DNA of 64,000 bases, taken from the NCBI GenBank assembly GCA_964016885.1, contig OZ024741.1:97836001-97900000 (forward strand). The letters are read 5' to 3'. The notes beneath the pieces were generated by a model, which worked only from the letters and a program-made list of their open reading frames with translations, was not told where the DNA came from and did not search any database. Positions 1-14,542 of the stretch are shown here, piece by piece. Every line of letters starts with the position of its first letter. The stretch's first letter is position 1. The position numbers were made by a program, and so were the translations under genes. This DNA is from Eledone cirrhosa. Taxonomy: Eukaryota.

Positions 1-299
1 TACTTTCCATTGATTAAAAAAATGTTCTGTTATATAATATATCAATTTAATTTGAAATTAAATTGCAATGTAAATATAAGCTACAACTAAAGTGGAAATG
101 CGTGAGAGGAAACCCAGATGATTAATATTACTAAAAAGAGAAAATAAATCTAACATTGCGGTGGAGGGGGATAAGCAGCTTGTAGATAAATTCATTCATT
201 CAAAAGAGGAGGACAATGTGAAAATACAAACACAAAACTATGCATTATGTATCATATATCATACTAAAGAATGCTGTTCAAATGATATCATATACCGTC

Positions 300-352
<53 letters not shown>

Positions 353-834
353 CTTTATGCGTGTGTACACACACATATATATATATAGTGTTTGGAAATG
401 TTAAGGAAACATAAGCATAAGGCAATTCCTCGCTTCAGAGTTTTGAAGTGGGTCTCTTATGTTTCGACGCATTAAAGACAATATATCTCTCCACAGTGCG
501 TTAATAACTTCAGGTAGTTTTAAGGGAAGGAGAAGACAAAAAAAGAGATGATAATGAAGAGAAAGAAAATAAACAGAAGAAGACAGAAAACATATCGATA
601 TAGAATGAAAAACACGAGACAGTAGTACATGGATGTAGGAATAACCAAGAAGAGAAAGGAAGAGTTAAAAAGGCAACCGTGTGTAAGCCCTGAAACGTTA
701 TTAACAGCACGAGAGAGAGAGAAAAGAAACTACGTTTGATCTTAGCAAGAACAGGCGTAAAGAGGGAGTTACGAAGGAAAACGGAAGTAGTAAGGAAGCA
801 GAGAGAGAGAGAGGGGAGAAAGGGGATAGATAGT

Positions 835-895
<61 letters not shown>

Positions 896-1124
896 AAAGA
901 GGGAGAAATGTATAAGGCAAAGAGTTAATGCAAATGGTAGGACTGAAGCCCAAAACCGGGATAACAACAACAAGCGAGATAGAGAGAATAGAAAGAAGGT
1001 CACAGTAATAAATTAATAAGAATTAAAAAGGACAGTAAGCTGTTTGGTTAGTAATAAAGTCTGTTTAGATATGTTTGGACTCATTAAAGTCAATACATCT
1101 ATCCACAGTGGATAGGCCGCTTAT

Positions 1125-1490
1125 ATTTGCGATCGTATACTTTTTGTCATTACCCAATATTCCTGACCACATGTAAGGGCTTGCATGAATACAGATTAAA
1201 GATTGTTTGGCTTTTACGCCTACCTCCCTTCTTCTGAATGCTGAATCTGACGCATTACACCAGCTCCTACAATTCTTCCGTGAACATGACCTAGAGATAT
1301 TTGAACTTCTCTACCTGCTTCAGTGGAACTCCAGTTACATGTAGAGTGTACTGCGCAGGCTTCTTTGAGGGACGAGCGTCTCAGTTTTCGCAGCACTGAT
1401 GTTCATTCCAGCCATGCAAAACTCGACATCCAACTTATCGAGTGCCAGTCGGAGATCTTCTGCCGAGTTAAGTAACACCATGTCGTCGAA
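1125..1490 (-). mobile_element. Degenerate RTE-clade LINE reverse transcriptase fragment
   Basis: Minus-strand translation across frameshifts gives DDMVLLNSAEDLRLALDKL..AGMNISAAKTE, PLKQVEKFKY and ALTCGQEYWVMTKSIRSQI, resembling RTE RT domains 5-7 and thumb. Confidence 0.7.
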
Positions 1491-2293
1491 TGATACTATA
1501 AAACAAAATCAACAAACAAACATTTATATTTCTGTGGATTTGAAAGAGTTGAAATTCGTCGAAAATGTAGAAAATCTCCAAAACAGGAAATTATGTATTG
1601 ACATAGTGTAAACAATCGGGTAAAATATACCTGTAGGTGGAAAACGTGACAAGATGATTTACAGGGAATCTAAGCTATATTGCCATCAATGTATATTTAC
1701 AAATGTTGTGAATTGGAATTTTATATTTAGCTTTATTTATGACGGTAACTATCATAAAATATTGTCTAGATCAATTTGATAGAATCAGAGTTCGTTTATC
1801 TGTAGCAGCTGCTGCCGACATTTTCCATCTAGAGGGACGTTTTACCAGGTTGTCAAAGTTGTGTTCACAGCTATTTGCGTTCGAGATATTCTACACTTTC
1901 TATATATACACATACTTTGAAACAACAACAGTAATCAGGCCTGGATATTTACTATAGAATTTTAATTCCACGAAAGCTCTATATATATTCCGGTGCCCCA
2001 GATTTATCATCCGATCATGATGCAAGACTTCGACGATTTCATCAAGTGTTGACTGCGGAATTAGACAAGATTACTTCGAACACAATCATATAAGAGAAAA
2101 TAGAGAATAGAGGACCTATTCGATTGGGCAAGCCTGCCAATTCAGTGTTATAACCACGGTAAACGATTCGCGATTATCGCATTATCATTTAATGCCAGCA
2201 TTCTGAACTGGTAGGCGTGGTGAAGGAACTGGGCGTTGATAAGTAGTGACAGGAATACTGCGGTCCTTAGAAAATACCATTAATTCATTACAA

Positions 2294-2420
2294 ACGTTCT
2301 GAGTTCAAATCCCACCAAAGTTAACCTTGCCTTTCATCCTTACGTGGTCGATGAAATAAAGTACCGTTAACGTACTGGAATAGTTACTGGCATTTTGCCA
2401 AAAGTAGAAACAATTAATTT
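2294..2420 (+). mobile_element. tRNA-like SINE, partial
   Basis: Box-B-like GAGTTCAAATCC, conserved core TTGCCTTTCATCCTTACG..GTCGAT.AAATAAAGTACC and end TGCCAAAAGTAGAAACAATT, shared with about nine other copies in the window. Confidence 0.85.
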
Positions 2421-2569
2421 ATTACAAACCAGGACTGTCATTCACAGAGGTCTTTGGGTACTAAACTCTGTGCTATTGGATATTGGTCGAAACCAGCCTA
2501 ACGTGACACTGTAGAGTTAAAGTGATATGGAAAGTTGTATGAACAGACCTATGTATATATTGTATAAAT

Positions 2570-2820
2570 ACTCTTTTATTAGTCACACAGGGCTCAAATT
2601 AAGGGGACATTAAAGATGGTAGAAATAATAAATAACTACAATAAAAAATAAGAGTTATAAATAGATATAGAATAGTAAAAAAAAATATAAAGGTTATAAG
2701 TTTGCAAGAATTAAGAAAATTAGAAGGTTAACAATGTTTACAGAAATGATAAAGTTTATAAAAATTTATAAACATTATATGCTAAATTTACGTTGAATAA
2801 ATTAAAATGTTAAATAGGAA
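2570..2820 (-). mobile_element. Tx1/L1-like 3' end remnant
   Basis: Reverse complement TCTTTAATGTCCCCTTAATTTGAGCCCTGTGTGACTAATAAAAG matches 28861-28905, preceded by a T-rich tract. Confidence 0.5.
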
Positions 2821-2862
2821 GCGTTTATTTTTAAATCTTATGACCAAGTTTCTCGAAAGTAT

Positions 2863-3396
2863 ATTATACAGAGCGATTGCCGGTCCAGAAAAAATTAGGA
2901 ATTAGGATTGGTGCTCTGAAATAGCGATGTATACATGAATGTATGTATATTATATTTGGCAAGATACCGTATGTTTAATTAAATACATTTAGAAGACCAT
3001 ACGCTTTCAGTTTTACAGTAGTGACTATGTCACTTAATTATTTTCGGCGAAAGAAGGGAGAGAAGCTGAAAGTCTGTTTCATGCTGGTTAGCGTTCATCA
3101 GAACCACGCAGTCAATCCTAATTCCGAATTTTTGCTGGACCGGCAATCGCTCTGTATAATCAGCTCCTTATTATTACTGGAATTCTATAAGAATCCAGCT
3201 TCTATAATTGTGGGCGGAAGCAGGGGAGTGCGTGTTTCTGATGAACGCCAGCCAGCATGAAACAGACTATCAGCCTCTCTTCCTTCTTTCGCCGAAAATA
3301 AGTAAGTGACATAAGTGACTTTAAAACTGATAACGTATGGTCTTCTAAATGTTTTTAATTAAACATAAGGTATATTGCCAAATACACTATACATAT
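2863..3396. repeat. Interleaved double inverted repeat (fold-back element) abutting (TA)n
   Basis: Arm A 2863-2910 is the reverse complement of 3113-3160. Arm B ~2953-3110 is the diverged reverse complement of ~3229-3384. Confidence 0.9.
3233..3276 (+). ncRNA. Degenerate type-I hammerhead ribozyme motif (mirror copy on minus at ~3062-3106)
   Basis: CTGATGA (3238-3244), short hairpin, GAAA (3259-3262), then CAGACTATC. Stems are imperfect in both copies. Confidence 0.5.
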
Positions 3397-3397
3397 A

Positions 3398-3477
<80 letters not shown>

Positions 3478-3522
3478 ATCTTAAACTTTGTTTACAGTAA
3501 TCACACAGCTCCTTTCGTTTCT

Positions 3523-3561
<39 letters not shown>

Positions 3562-5317
3562 AAACGCTATATAGTGAATTCTGTAATACTAAATAATTAC
3601 ATATGTAAGTATATGTGTGTGTGTGAGTGAAAGTGAATGTATGACAATGTGTTTGTATGCGATCCTTATACACAAAGGAAACGCGGTTACTTATTCGAAA
3701 CAATGTTTTCTTTCAATATACCTTTTCTTCAATTGAATACTTCAGTATATAAAGAAGGAACGATAAATATCTACTGAGTATTTTATGTTAAGCTTTGCGT
3801 ATTTTCCGATAGTCCTGTGGACTTTGATATCATTTGCTATTCATCAGTCTGGTGTAACGTTTTCAAACGAGAATGTTGGCATGTGTTGGAATGTCCAATT
3901 AAGTTCAGTTCTTTTATGTAGTATTAGAGAGGAATGGCAAATTGTATAGAGATTCTTTATAAAACAGATTTATGTTTGTTTGAAAATGTTGCTATGTACA
4001 GATTTTCCCTTAGAGTAATGCTTCTTGTTTTTCCATTTTATCTTTATCTCCAAATATATCTATAAACTGCTAATAGTTTCAACTAGTATTGTTTAATTAT
4101 AATTATTTTCATCGACTGCTTCAAAAACCAATAATTAGATAAACATTAATATATCTATTGTATGTTTTATTAAAGTATAGTGTCAATGCAGGTATCATCT
4201 CTGAAGGAATTAATATCTATACAATTTATTTTTAAATTTTTGGGGATTTTGGTAAATAAATATATAACTGCATTGTTGTTCTCTCACCAGTCTTGTAAAT
4301 TTATTCTTCAGTGAAGAAGTAAGATAATCCCAAAATTCATTTGGAGATTCATACCTGAAATATGGGAGAAATATTGGATATTGGCTAAACTATTATTTCC
4401 TCACAACTTATGTAACATTTGTTTCGACTTTATGGTTCATGCAGGCAAAATTTTCCTTCTAGCATGCATTTCATTATTTTTCTTTTAATACGTACATTTT
4501 AGATTCTCTATAAGTATTCAGTATTCGATTTTCTTATATTGGGTGGGAGAATAGTAGAAGTTGTACATAAAACAGTAATCCTCACTTATTAAAAATGGCG
4601 AGGGAGAAAAGATTAAAAGGAACCGAGATGGTCCTTGGTAAATGTCTCCAATCATTTGAGTGTATCCTCGGAATATGAAAACGGGAATGCCATCAGGGAT
4701 GTTCAATATTGGATGCTAACAAAGGGGGTAATTACAATACCCTTGATTGATCCAATCTTTATAAAACATAACGATGCGTGTGGACGTTGTCTATAAGACA
4801 TATTGTGTAGAGGAACAGACATGTTTTGATCGCTGATCTCTTCAATTCGACAAGAAAAAGCAGTATGTGATAGCAATAAGATACGATAATGGTATATTAG
4901 TTTAACGCTTGACATAGTAGAAAAAGCGTAATACCGTTTTATTCGCTAATCCTTAATCGGAAGAAAGAATCAGCGAGAGCAAAGAATGTTGGTAAAGAGA
5001 GGAGAAAGGAAAACAGATGTGAGTAGATATGAGAGCTGGGAATATTACAGAGAGGAGAAAGCGTATGGTGTTGTTAGACAGCCATATAAACATACATACG
5101 AACACTGTCATGCACACCGACACTTAAACACAAATTCTCTCCCGCACATATATATGCACACATACACACACACACACACACACATATATATGTGTGTGTG
5201 TGTGCGTGTATGTGCGTGTGGTTGTGTGCGTGTACATCCATATATATATATCTATATACAATATATCTATCTATCTATATATATGTACAATATATCTACT
5301 TATCTATATATATATAA

Positions 5318-5349
<32 letters not shown>

Positions 5350-6754
5350 GCATATATATATATATACTGTTGGCTTTTTGCTACAATATTTTCTATACCT
5401 TTCATTTATATATATATATAAATATATATATGTATATGATGTTAGTACATATGTATGTTCATTGTAGTTTATTTTTGATGTATTTTAATTCCCCTCATTT
5501 TCCTACTCTTTCTTTCCTTAGCGTTTCCTTTTCAGTTTTTGTTTCGTGTTTGTTTTTGTTTTTCACATTTACAATCTTCCATCATTTGCTTCCCTTCTGA
5601 GTATAACATTTTCAATGTTTCATTTTACAGAAAGCTAAGAACTAGATAAATCTATACAATTCTAAAGGAGAAAAAATAAATTACAAAAGTGCAATATTAA
5701 AATTTTTCTCGCAATAAAAATATTTGGTTTATAATCTTTCTTTTTGTCTAGTGTATATTTTTTCGTAAAAAATAATAATAACAGTACCTCGAGATATAAC
5801 GCGTCTTTCCATTTCGTAGCAAATATTGTGAATATTATAAGTTGCACAAGAATAAAGCTTCTTTCCATAGATTTACAACACATTTTAAGAATTACAGAAT
5901 TAGAACAACTATCTATGTGCAATACAAATGTTTAATATTATTGCATCTTGATCATATCACAAAAACACACACACACACATGCGCACAAACACACTCATAC
6001 GCACACAAACACACACACACACATATATATATATATATTTATATATATATATGTTTCCGCAGATTTCCCCATCGCGCAAGCATATTCACACGCACAAATT
6101 CACAGGCACGCAGGCACGCACACGTACGTGTTCTTATTTTCTTTACATGTATTTCGTAATTAATTCAGTTTCTATCTTGTATCAGAATGGATATATTTTT
6201 ATCAATAAAATAGAAGCTCAATCACTTTACTTATTTCGTTCTTTAATTTATTTATTTTTTAAATTTAATCTTGTATTTTCTTTCCATTCCACTTACCATT
6301 ACGACACTTTTATCCGAATAATCCAACGTTATTATATTCCTGCTATCATATTCCAATGTAATCATTATCATCATCATCAACGTCATCATGGTCATTATCC
6401 TGGAAGAATTCGTCCAAAGAATGACCAGGACCTCCTTCAAACCTTCGACAACAACTCCAATGCCCTTCGATGGCATACCCCCTCACTGACGTCACATAGT
6501 TGGATTGTAATGAGGACGAGGAGTGGCGAACCGTCTGTTAAAAGAGCAAACATAAAGAAAGAATCTCCCTGCCTTTGCCCTTACAAGAAAAAGGACCGAA
6601 AGAGCAAAGAAGTTATAGTCGTAAAGACTAATACCAACACGTACACACACCTCCCCATCATAACCAGCACCAGAAACATCAACATCGCAACAGGCAACAC
6701 AGACACCAACAACACAAATGCAAATTCAATGTGGCTAATGACGAAATCATTATG

Positions 6755-6978
6755 AAGGCAGGGGAGTGGCCGTGTCGGTAGAGCATCGGACAACATGCTT
6801 TGCGGTATATAGTTATGGCCGTCTACGTCTTGAAATCAAATCCCACCTATGTTAGCTTTACCTTTCATCCGTACTGGGTTGATGGAATGAAGTACCAGTA
6901 ATGCACTGGGGTTGATTTAATTGACTTTTCCCTCTCCAAAGATTATTGGCCTTGTGCCGATAACAAAAATCATTATTA
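6755..6978 (+). mobile_element. tRNA-like SINE, near full length
   Basis: Box-A-like TGGCCGTGTCGGTAGAGC, degenerate box B, conserved core CCTTTCATCC..GGGTTGAT..AAGTACCAG and an (ATT)n tail. Confidence 0.85.
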
Positions 6979-7059
6979 TCATATCTTGTCTGTATACCCT
7001 GAAATATTTGTGTGTTTTTTGCAGTCACGGCCACCGAATCTACGCATAATATAAATACG

Positions 7060-7420
7060 ATCGAGAGCCCAGAGTAGACGCTTTTACATACTATATCCTG
7101 TTGTGCAGTCTCTGTGACACTAATTGCAAACGTCGTGTCATTCAACAGATCGTTAAACGTGGCTTTGACGTAGCTGGATTCCCATCGCATTTAGAACCAG
7201 AGGGATTAGTGGTCGTCAAACAGCCAAACAGTATCATAATCTTGCCGTCGTGTGGTAATAAATTCTCTTATCTGAGATGTGACCTGCAGTGATACATTCT
7301 CATGCGGTAGGCTGGAGAAATCAACGTCAAGCCCAGACAGCAATGCCCTACAAGCTAAAGATTACAACCTGAAAATGTAGTTACCGCTCTCCAATAGTTT
7401 TATCTTCTAACATAGAGAAA
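7060..7420 (+). mobile_element. CRE-like non-LTR retrotransposon C-terminal (restriction-like endonuclease) fragment
   Basis: IVKRGFDVAGFPSHLEPEGL...KQPN and, after a frameshift, [W]DVTCSDTF, resembling the CRE-clade KRA..AG.P..LEP.GL....KRPDG...WDVT..DT motif. Confidence 0.65.
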
Positions 7421-7800
7421 TATTTTGTGTTCCCTACCATTTTCTACTAACTGCGAATTGAACGGATTTTGATAGTTAGAAGAAGCTCTGTGGGTTTATT
7501 TGGCTCTTTACGATCACGCTCCTCATAATCTGGGACACTCCATTCGCTATGTTTTTTTTCTGTCGAGACCACGTAGCACCAATATAACTATCGATAATAT
7601 CTACAGTATGGTGATCAAATTGTTTAAAACTATTTGATAAATCTTTTCTACAAGCGGTAATTTACGAATGCTAATTGTTTTTTGCTACTTAAATATATTA
7701 ATGTCGATTTTATCTTCTAATGTTGATTTGTGCTTTCAGTGAGTGTGAATTTGTGTCTGTAGGTACCTGTGGAGGGGGGGGGGGGGGGATTATTGTTGTG

Positions 7801-7837
<37 letters not shown>

Positions 7838-8283
7838 ATATATATTTCTATGCGTATATTTGTTTTTCTAAGTAGAGAAGATATTTGGTCCAATTATTCT
7901 ATATATGTATACGTACTGGTTGCATTATGCGTGTGTATGTGTGAGCGCTTGAATAATATCGCATCGGCGTGCATACGTTTTGTATTTTTTCATTTGCAAT
8001 AAAGAAGGAAACATAAAAGATATTTCATGTATGTTTCCTCTGTATATATGGTTTATTTTTATTATTTACTCCATGTGTTAATAAAAACATTCATAAATAC
8101 GTTGCTACTCGATACGAATATTCATCCAACTTTCGGTCTGTCTGTATCTATATATAGCCATAGTATTTACTTGGTTAAACAAGAATAGAGGTCCGATGTA
8201 AATGTATATACAATACAGCTAAGTAGAGAAATATATTTCATTATTGTTATATAAATAACCCACATAAAATTGTATTGAAACCG

Positions 8284-8389
<106 letters not shown>

Positions 8390-8392
8390 TCA

Positions 8393-8426
<34 letters not shown>

Positions 8427-8576
8427 TTCTATTTCGATTCTTCATTCTCTATACGTACGCACATACATATGCATACACATATGTATATAATACACACACA
8501 CAAACACACAAACACAAGTCTAGCTGTCGAAACGGCCGGAGCTCAACCGTCGGAGTCCTGGCTCTTTTCCTATGTA

Positions 8577-8675
<99 letters not shown>

Positions 8676-8927
8676 CTGTGTATGTATCGGTGTATTATTA
8701 TTACTATATATGTATATACACACACATATATATATACATACAGTTCAAGAGTAACCAATCTTAAAGAGAGAGATGGAGATAGTAGAGGAGATATGAGAGG
8801 AGGGATTGGTGAGTTAGTTAGAAGCCAAAGCGTAAAGGCATGTGCTCAATGTGCAATATGCAGTAGAAAGCAGCTAGGTGGCTGGGTTCCTGCAGATTAA
8901 GGTGCACAGAGCTGGAAATATTCATTA

Positions 8928-9151
8928 GTTAAGCAAAACAAGACCACAAATTTCACACGGAAGACATTATTAAAAGATTGTCAACATATTTTAGTTTGAT
9001 GCAAGGAATGCAGGGAATAATAATAAAAATATTAATAATAATTGTTTCTACTTTAGGCACAAGGCCAGTAATTACCCAGTGCATTACTGGTACCTTATTT
9101 TATCGACCCCGTAAGGATGAAAGGCAAAGTCAACCTCGAAGGAATGCAGAG

Positions 9152-9184
<33 letters not shown>

Positions 9185-9553
9185 GTCCCTTTACAATTGT
9201 TTCGCTACTCCATATAATATTTCTGGATCAGATGACTATATATCATAATTGATCTGGTTCAGTTGAAAATAATCAACATATTTAAAAAAACAGAGAGGCT
9301 CATCGGAACTCAAAGGAATATAAATGAAAATAATGTTACATAATATAATGTTCCATATATTGGTTTTTACTATGGTGTCTTGGTTGCACCAGCTGTCAGC
9401 CATAATCAAGCAGTATTCATCTGTCGAGGCTGCATTGTGTGAGATCTGCCTATGAGTAACAAGATGGCTGCCAAAGGGCATATTTACCTTACTAATTAGA
9501 GGGTGGTTTCAGAGGAAGTCTGTGAAGTTTGTGGTCTTGTTTTTCTTAACTAA

Positions 9554-9560
<7 letters not shown>
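8928..9560. repeat. 40-bp inverted repeat pair, right arm abutting (TA)n, with an internal SINE fragment
   Basis: 8928-8967 is the reverse complement of 9521-9560 with 2 mismatches. A minus-strand SINE 3' half lies at ~9040-9146. Confidence 0.85.
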
Positions 9561-9631
<71 letters not shown>

Positions 9632-10469
9632 ATTATAGTGTAGTAGTGTAGTACTTCACTATTATCGTTGGTAAGATGAGAGAAGCTCTATGCATATTAC
9701 TATCCTCGGTTCAACAGGAGTATAAAACGAACGATTAAGTTATTGACAGTTAAATATCCTGTAGTATACAAGATCAGAAAAACCCATCAGTATTCCACCA
9801 ACGTGTCAGAATGGTACGTGGGGGTTCACCAGACAACACCGAGATAAATATTATACCCACCCACAGAAGAGACGCAACGCTCTGACAGATTACAGAAGCG
9901 ATAAACATAAATGAACTCCGAAAAAAACTAAATAGAAGACGAGAGTGGAATATTCACAATTTAATATCATAGTAACTAAAGTCAATATAAAGACCTACAA
10001 AACTAAACACGAACTAAACTAATTGAAGAAATCAGACATACGCAGCTACAAGTACGAAAAAGAGAAAATAAATAACTAAATTAACATATAAATTAACATA
10101 CGAATAGACAAAAAAAGATATTAAAAATTGATAAAAACACACACAATCACACACACACAAGCCCGGATATAACGCATGTGCAACCCAAGTACACAGCTAC
10201 CAAAATTCGATGGTGTAAGACAGAACAAAGGAGGAGACAGAAAATAACAACAAAAGTAGTCACTGAGGAGGTAACAGGATGTGTTTTGAAAGCACTTTAA
10301 TGACAATCTACAAATAAACAACCATCTGGCTGAAGAATTATAATAATAAATTGACGTGAAATTTGACAGGTGTGTATGCACAAACACACATACGCTCACA
10401 TATACAATTGCTGCTAACAACCAGAATATATGAGATAACATAAATATGACATCATTCTTGTTTTTGAGT

Positions 10470-10526
<57 letters not shown>

Positions 10527-11178
10527 CGTGTTTGTGGGGTGGGGAAGTGATAGTAAGCTGTTGTACATATTTACGTACAGTCCTTTGTACGCTTTATTTC
10601 TTCTATTCGCAAGAATAATCTACACGAAAGTGTGCTTTGATAGCAGTGTAGTATTGAATAGAAAATATGAATATTAGAGTTTTTTCAATAGATTTTAAAT
10701 AACAACAGCAATACCAATAATAATCATAGCAGCACTCTCAACAAGAACATTGCAATACATAAGATAGGACAACAGCTTCGGCAATGACAACATCGAGCAA
10801 CGATGAAACAATCAGTTTTATATGCATTAACTCTATTGTTCCTGGTTATATCTCTGGTTATTTTATTTTATTCGGAAATCAATTATATTTACATCCGGGT
10901 CAGAAAATTTGCATATAGAAGATAGCTATTTTTATGGCATTTGTACCGCTACGTGTAAGCGGTAGAGAAAGTGACAGAGAGAGATAAGGAGAGGTGTATA
11001 ATATAGGAACGGGTTTTACTCTGTTGACAGACAAAAGTGAGTGTATGTGTGCGTAAGTGTGAGTGTGTGAGTTGCGTGCGGGAGTATATTTCTGTATACT
11101 TATACATACATACATTAAATAAAACCATGTATATGCACACAAATGCACACATACGTAGACACACACACACATGTATAA

Positions 11179-11260
<82 letters not shown>

Positions 11261-11679
11261 GCATGTGTGTACAAATCCGAAGAGATATAGATATGTAGAT
11301 AAATGGCCAGATAGATAGATATTTGCTTCCACGTACATGTATATAAATACATAACTTTATAATTTCTTATTTATGTACTTTTCTCAATCCATTCATTTAC
11401 TGTTCAAGTCACGTATTTTACGAAAGAACAATTCAATTACCATAGCACCGTATAGATACGGCTTAAAGAGTTATCATAATGGGAGACAAGACGATAAAAT
11501 TAATACAATCCCACACACAATAATATAATAAAACATTCACACAGCTATTCTATTATTATCACCAGTAGATTGTCGCACCTTGCTTTGGAAATCCTACGCC
11601 TATATATATATATATATAATAAGGGTTGACGGACCCAGCATATTTATCAACATATATATAAACTTATATATAAACACAT

Positions 11680-11780
<101 letters not shown>

Positions 11781-11781
11781 C

Positions 11782-11820
<39 letters not shown>

Positions 11821-12233
11821 CATATGTGTATAATCATTCCTACATACATACATATACATATATATATATATTTGTGTGTATATATATATCTATGTATATA
11901 CACACATACATAAATGCATACACACATTCATACATACATACATACATATGGAGTTTGCTTGTAAGTATAAATTTAAATTTATATATCGCAAACGATCCAA
12001 ATATGGTATAGACAATCACCATCATTATTATCGTGAATATAGTCACAATTATCCCTATCAGCAGCATCTACAGCGGTATCGATGTTGTTCCAGTCATTAT
12101 TATTAATATTTTTTTCTCTTGACTGTTATAATTTGTATTTTTATCGCAGCTGTTTACATTTAATCTAATTTCTCTTGGCTAAATGGAAGTGATTTCTCTA
12201 GGTATAAATGTATTCTAATTATTAATTTGCGTT

Positions 12234-12800
12234 AAGGCAGTGCCTTTGTGGTATCGGTTGCGATTTGGATAAAATAAATAATTTGCAGCATTTAGATTCA
12301 CCCCTCTACGTTCTGAGTTCAGATTCTACCGAGGTTAGGTTTCCATTTTATCCTTACGTGGTCGATAAAATGCTAGTAACGCACTGGTAGGAATTTCCTC
12401 AACTCTCCTCACTAAATAAAAAAAAGAAAATATTGGTGTGTGCCTAAATCGAAAGTCATTAGTGATGTGAGTAAACATAGAATCGTTTGAGTTTGGGATA
12501 AAATGGCATTTGTTCCTGCTCTTTACATTCTCTGTTCAAATCATGCCGAATCAACATTGCCATTCATCCGTACGGGTCCGATAAAATAATGTTCCAGTAA
12601 TGAACTGGACTTTGTCCTTTTTAAATTGTTGGCCTATGGCCTAAAGAAAAAAAGAATATGTTTGTTAGTTCAGAAAGTTTATATTACGGCAAGGTCAACG
12701 TTGTCTTTCTTCCTCACAGAGTCGATAAAATAAAATATCAATTAATCGACTTGACCCTACTCTAAATTTGCTGTTGTCTTTACGCCTGAATTAGGACATA
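12234..12800 (+). mobile_element. Cluster of three degenerate SINE copies
   Basis: The SINE core (CATCC..CG.GGTCGATAAAAT) recurs at ~12345, ~12560 and ~12705. Box B GTTC(A)AA is seen in the first two. Confidence 0.75.
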
Positions 12801-14343
12801 TTAATGTGGGTCCAGACTTTATGATCTATTATTTTTTAATGTCAGAATAACCTCAGATCGAATACGGAGAGATATGAGTGCATACGAACATTTTGCTTGA
12901 ACAAATCGCACGCCAAATATTACAGCTAATGTGTCATTGGACATGTGCATTCAGCTAATTTTAATTTCCGGCTTAATGGATGGGAACACTTCTGTTTGGA
13001 ATCAATGTATGCTTATCTTTTCCATTCGTAAAACTAACATTCCAATATACACCGCTTAATGATGTAAGGAAGTTGATGAATAAACTAAAGAAATATACTC
13101 CACCTTCGTAGTTCTTACTTTCAGGTATGTAGTCTAGTAATATTCTAATTGTAATATGTGATCTAACGGTAGTCGCCCAAAACGAACTGGAAAATATTAA
13201 GAGAATTTTCTTTCCTAATTATTCATTTTACCTCATGAACAATAATTGCATATCGTATATAAACAAGGTGTTGATAAAGAAGGACCAACCAAAAAGAAGA
13301 CAATGCAAAGAAAGTGATGTGGATTGATATTGGTTTTGAATGTTTGCTAATTGTAGTGCAAGAAAGCCATAGGTTAGTTATGTGGGGGATAACAAATAAT
13401 AGAATAGAATTTACGATTGTATTTCAAGTCTTCACCTCTAAAATGTATTAGTTTAGTCTCCAATCTTTTGCTCGGTTTAACCTCGTGAAGACAATGCAAC
13501 AACGAGAAAATCTCATCGGAACAACTACAACTAACACGTTCTCATTCATTAATAATACTGATTTTTAATATTTGAGTAGTGGTTATAATTATTTCCATTG
13601 ACCTACATGTTAACGTCTTTCCCGTAAGCGTTTGAACTCAGTACGTAAGTAAATGGAACATATAATAAAAAAGCTCTTTGTCCTGAAAAAAAAACATTAT
13701 CTTCAATCGGTCTGAATTTAATAAATAAACAAGGGAATATAAGAAAAGTAATTTAATATATAATTTCACATTCAGAATATTTTATCAAATTTCGACTCGA
13801 ATATAGCGACTCATACCTATCTTCTGAAATATAATGAAATCGTTGCGGATTATACAACGCAGTACCTTGTATTTAATCCAGGTAATTGAGTCGTTTACAT
13901 GTTTATGACAACATCGCAGATATAAAATATGATACTGATACACTGAATAAGCATACGGAACTTCTTTCGCACCCATATCAATAATATATTTTCTTACCTA
14001 TTGTAATAGCACTACAGTAACCCAATCGTAAGAATAACTATTCTAGTGGATATAAGATATACATTTAAAATGTACACGCATCGAAATAAATCAAAACGAC
14101 CTTGTTCGATAAACTAAAGTATCTGCAGATATTCAACATCCATTTTCGAAATCATGTAATTTATTAGATTGTATATTAGTAGATAGTTGTGAAACAATTT
14201 TATTTTGGTCGTTTCGTGTAGAAAAAAAACTTTTACCAATTAACGCACGATTGACAGAATACATTATGAATATAATATATAAACATCTCAATCATGAAGG
14301 CAGCTTTGACACTTCTGTGAATTGAAGCCAAACACGGGTAATA

Positions 14344-14542
14344 AATATAATTGTTTCTACTTTTGGCACAAGGCCAGCAATTAATCCAGTGTATTACTGG
14401 TACTTTATTTTATCGACCCCGTAAGGATGAAAGGCAAAGTTAACCTCGGCGGGATTTGAACTCAGACCATAAAGGGCTGTAATTCTTTGTTGCAAAGCAT
14501 GGCGTCCGATCCTCTACCGATACTGCCAATCCACCGCCCTAT
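14344..14542 (-). mobile_element. Full-length tRNA-like SINE with 10-bp target site duplication
   Basis: Reverse-complement box A, box B (GAGTTCAAATCCC) and core. Flanking direct repeat ACGGGTAATA at 14334-14343 and 14543-14552. Confidence 0.9.

Noticed and set aside
405-515. Hammerhead-like arrangement on minus (CTGAAGT...ACGCA/TGCGT-C-GAAACATAAG/CTTATGTT)
   Set aside because: Core mismatch and no stem I; kept only as a weak possibility.
3795-3850. CTGATGA...GAAA on minus (similar isolated hits at ~10262, ~14581, ~27951, ~51528)
   Set aside because: No stem III/UH or stem I; chance matches.
4500-4915. Higher-complexity stretch considered as a host exon
   Set aside because: Frames are short or interrupted and no motif was recognised; cannot be supported without homology or RNA data.
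5979-6755. 258-aa ORF
   Set aside because: Low-complexity start, no recognisable domain, no supported splice structure.
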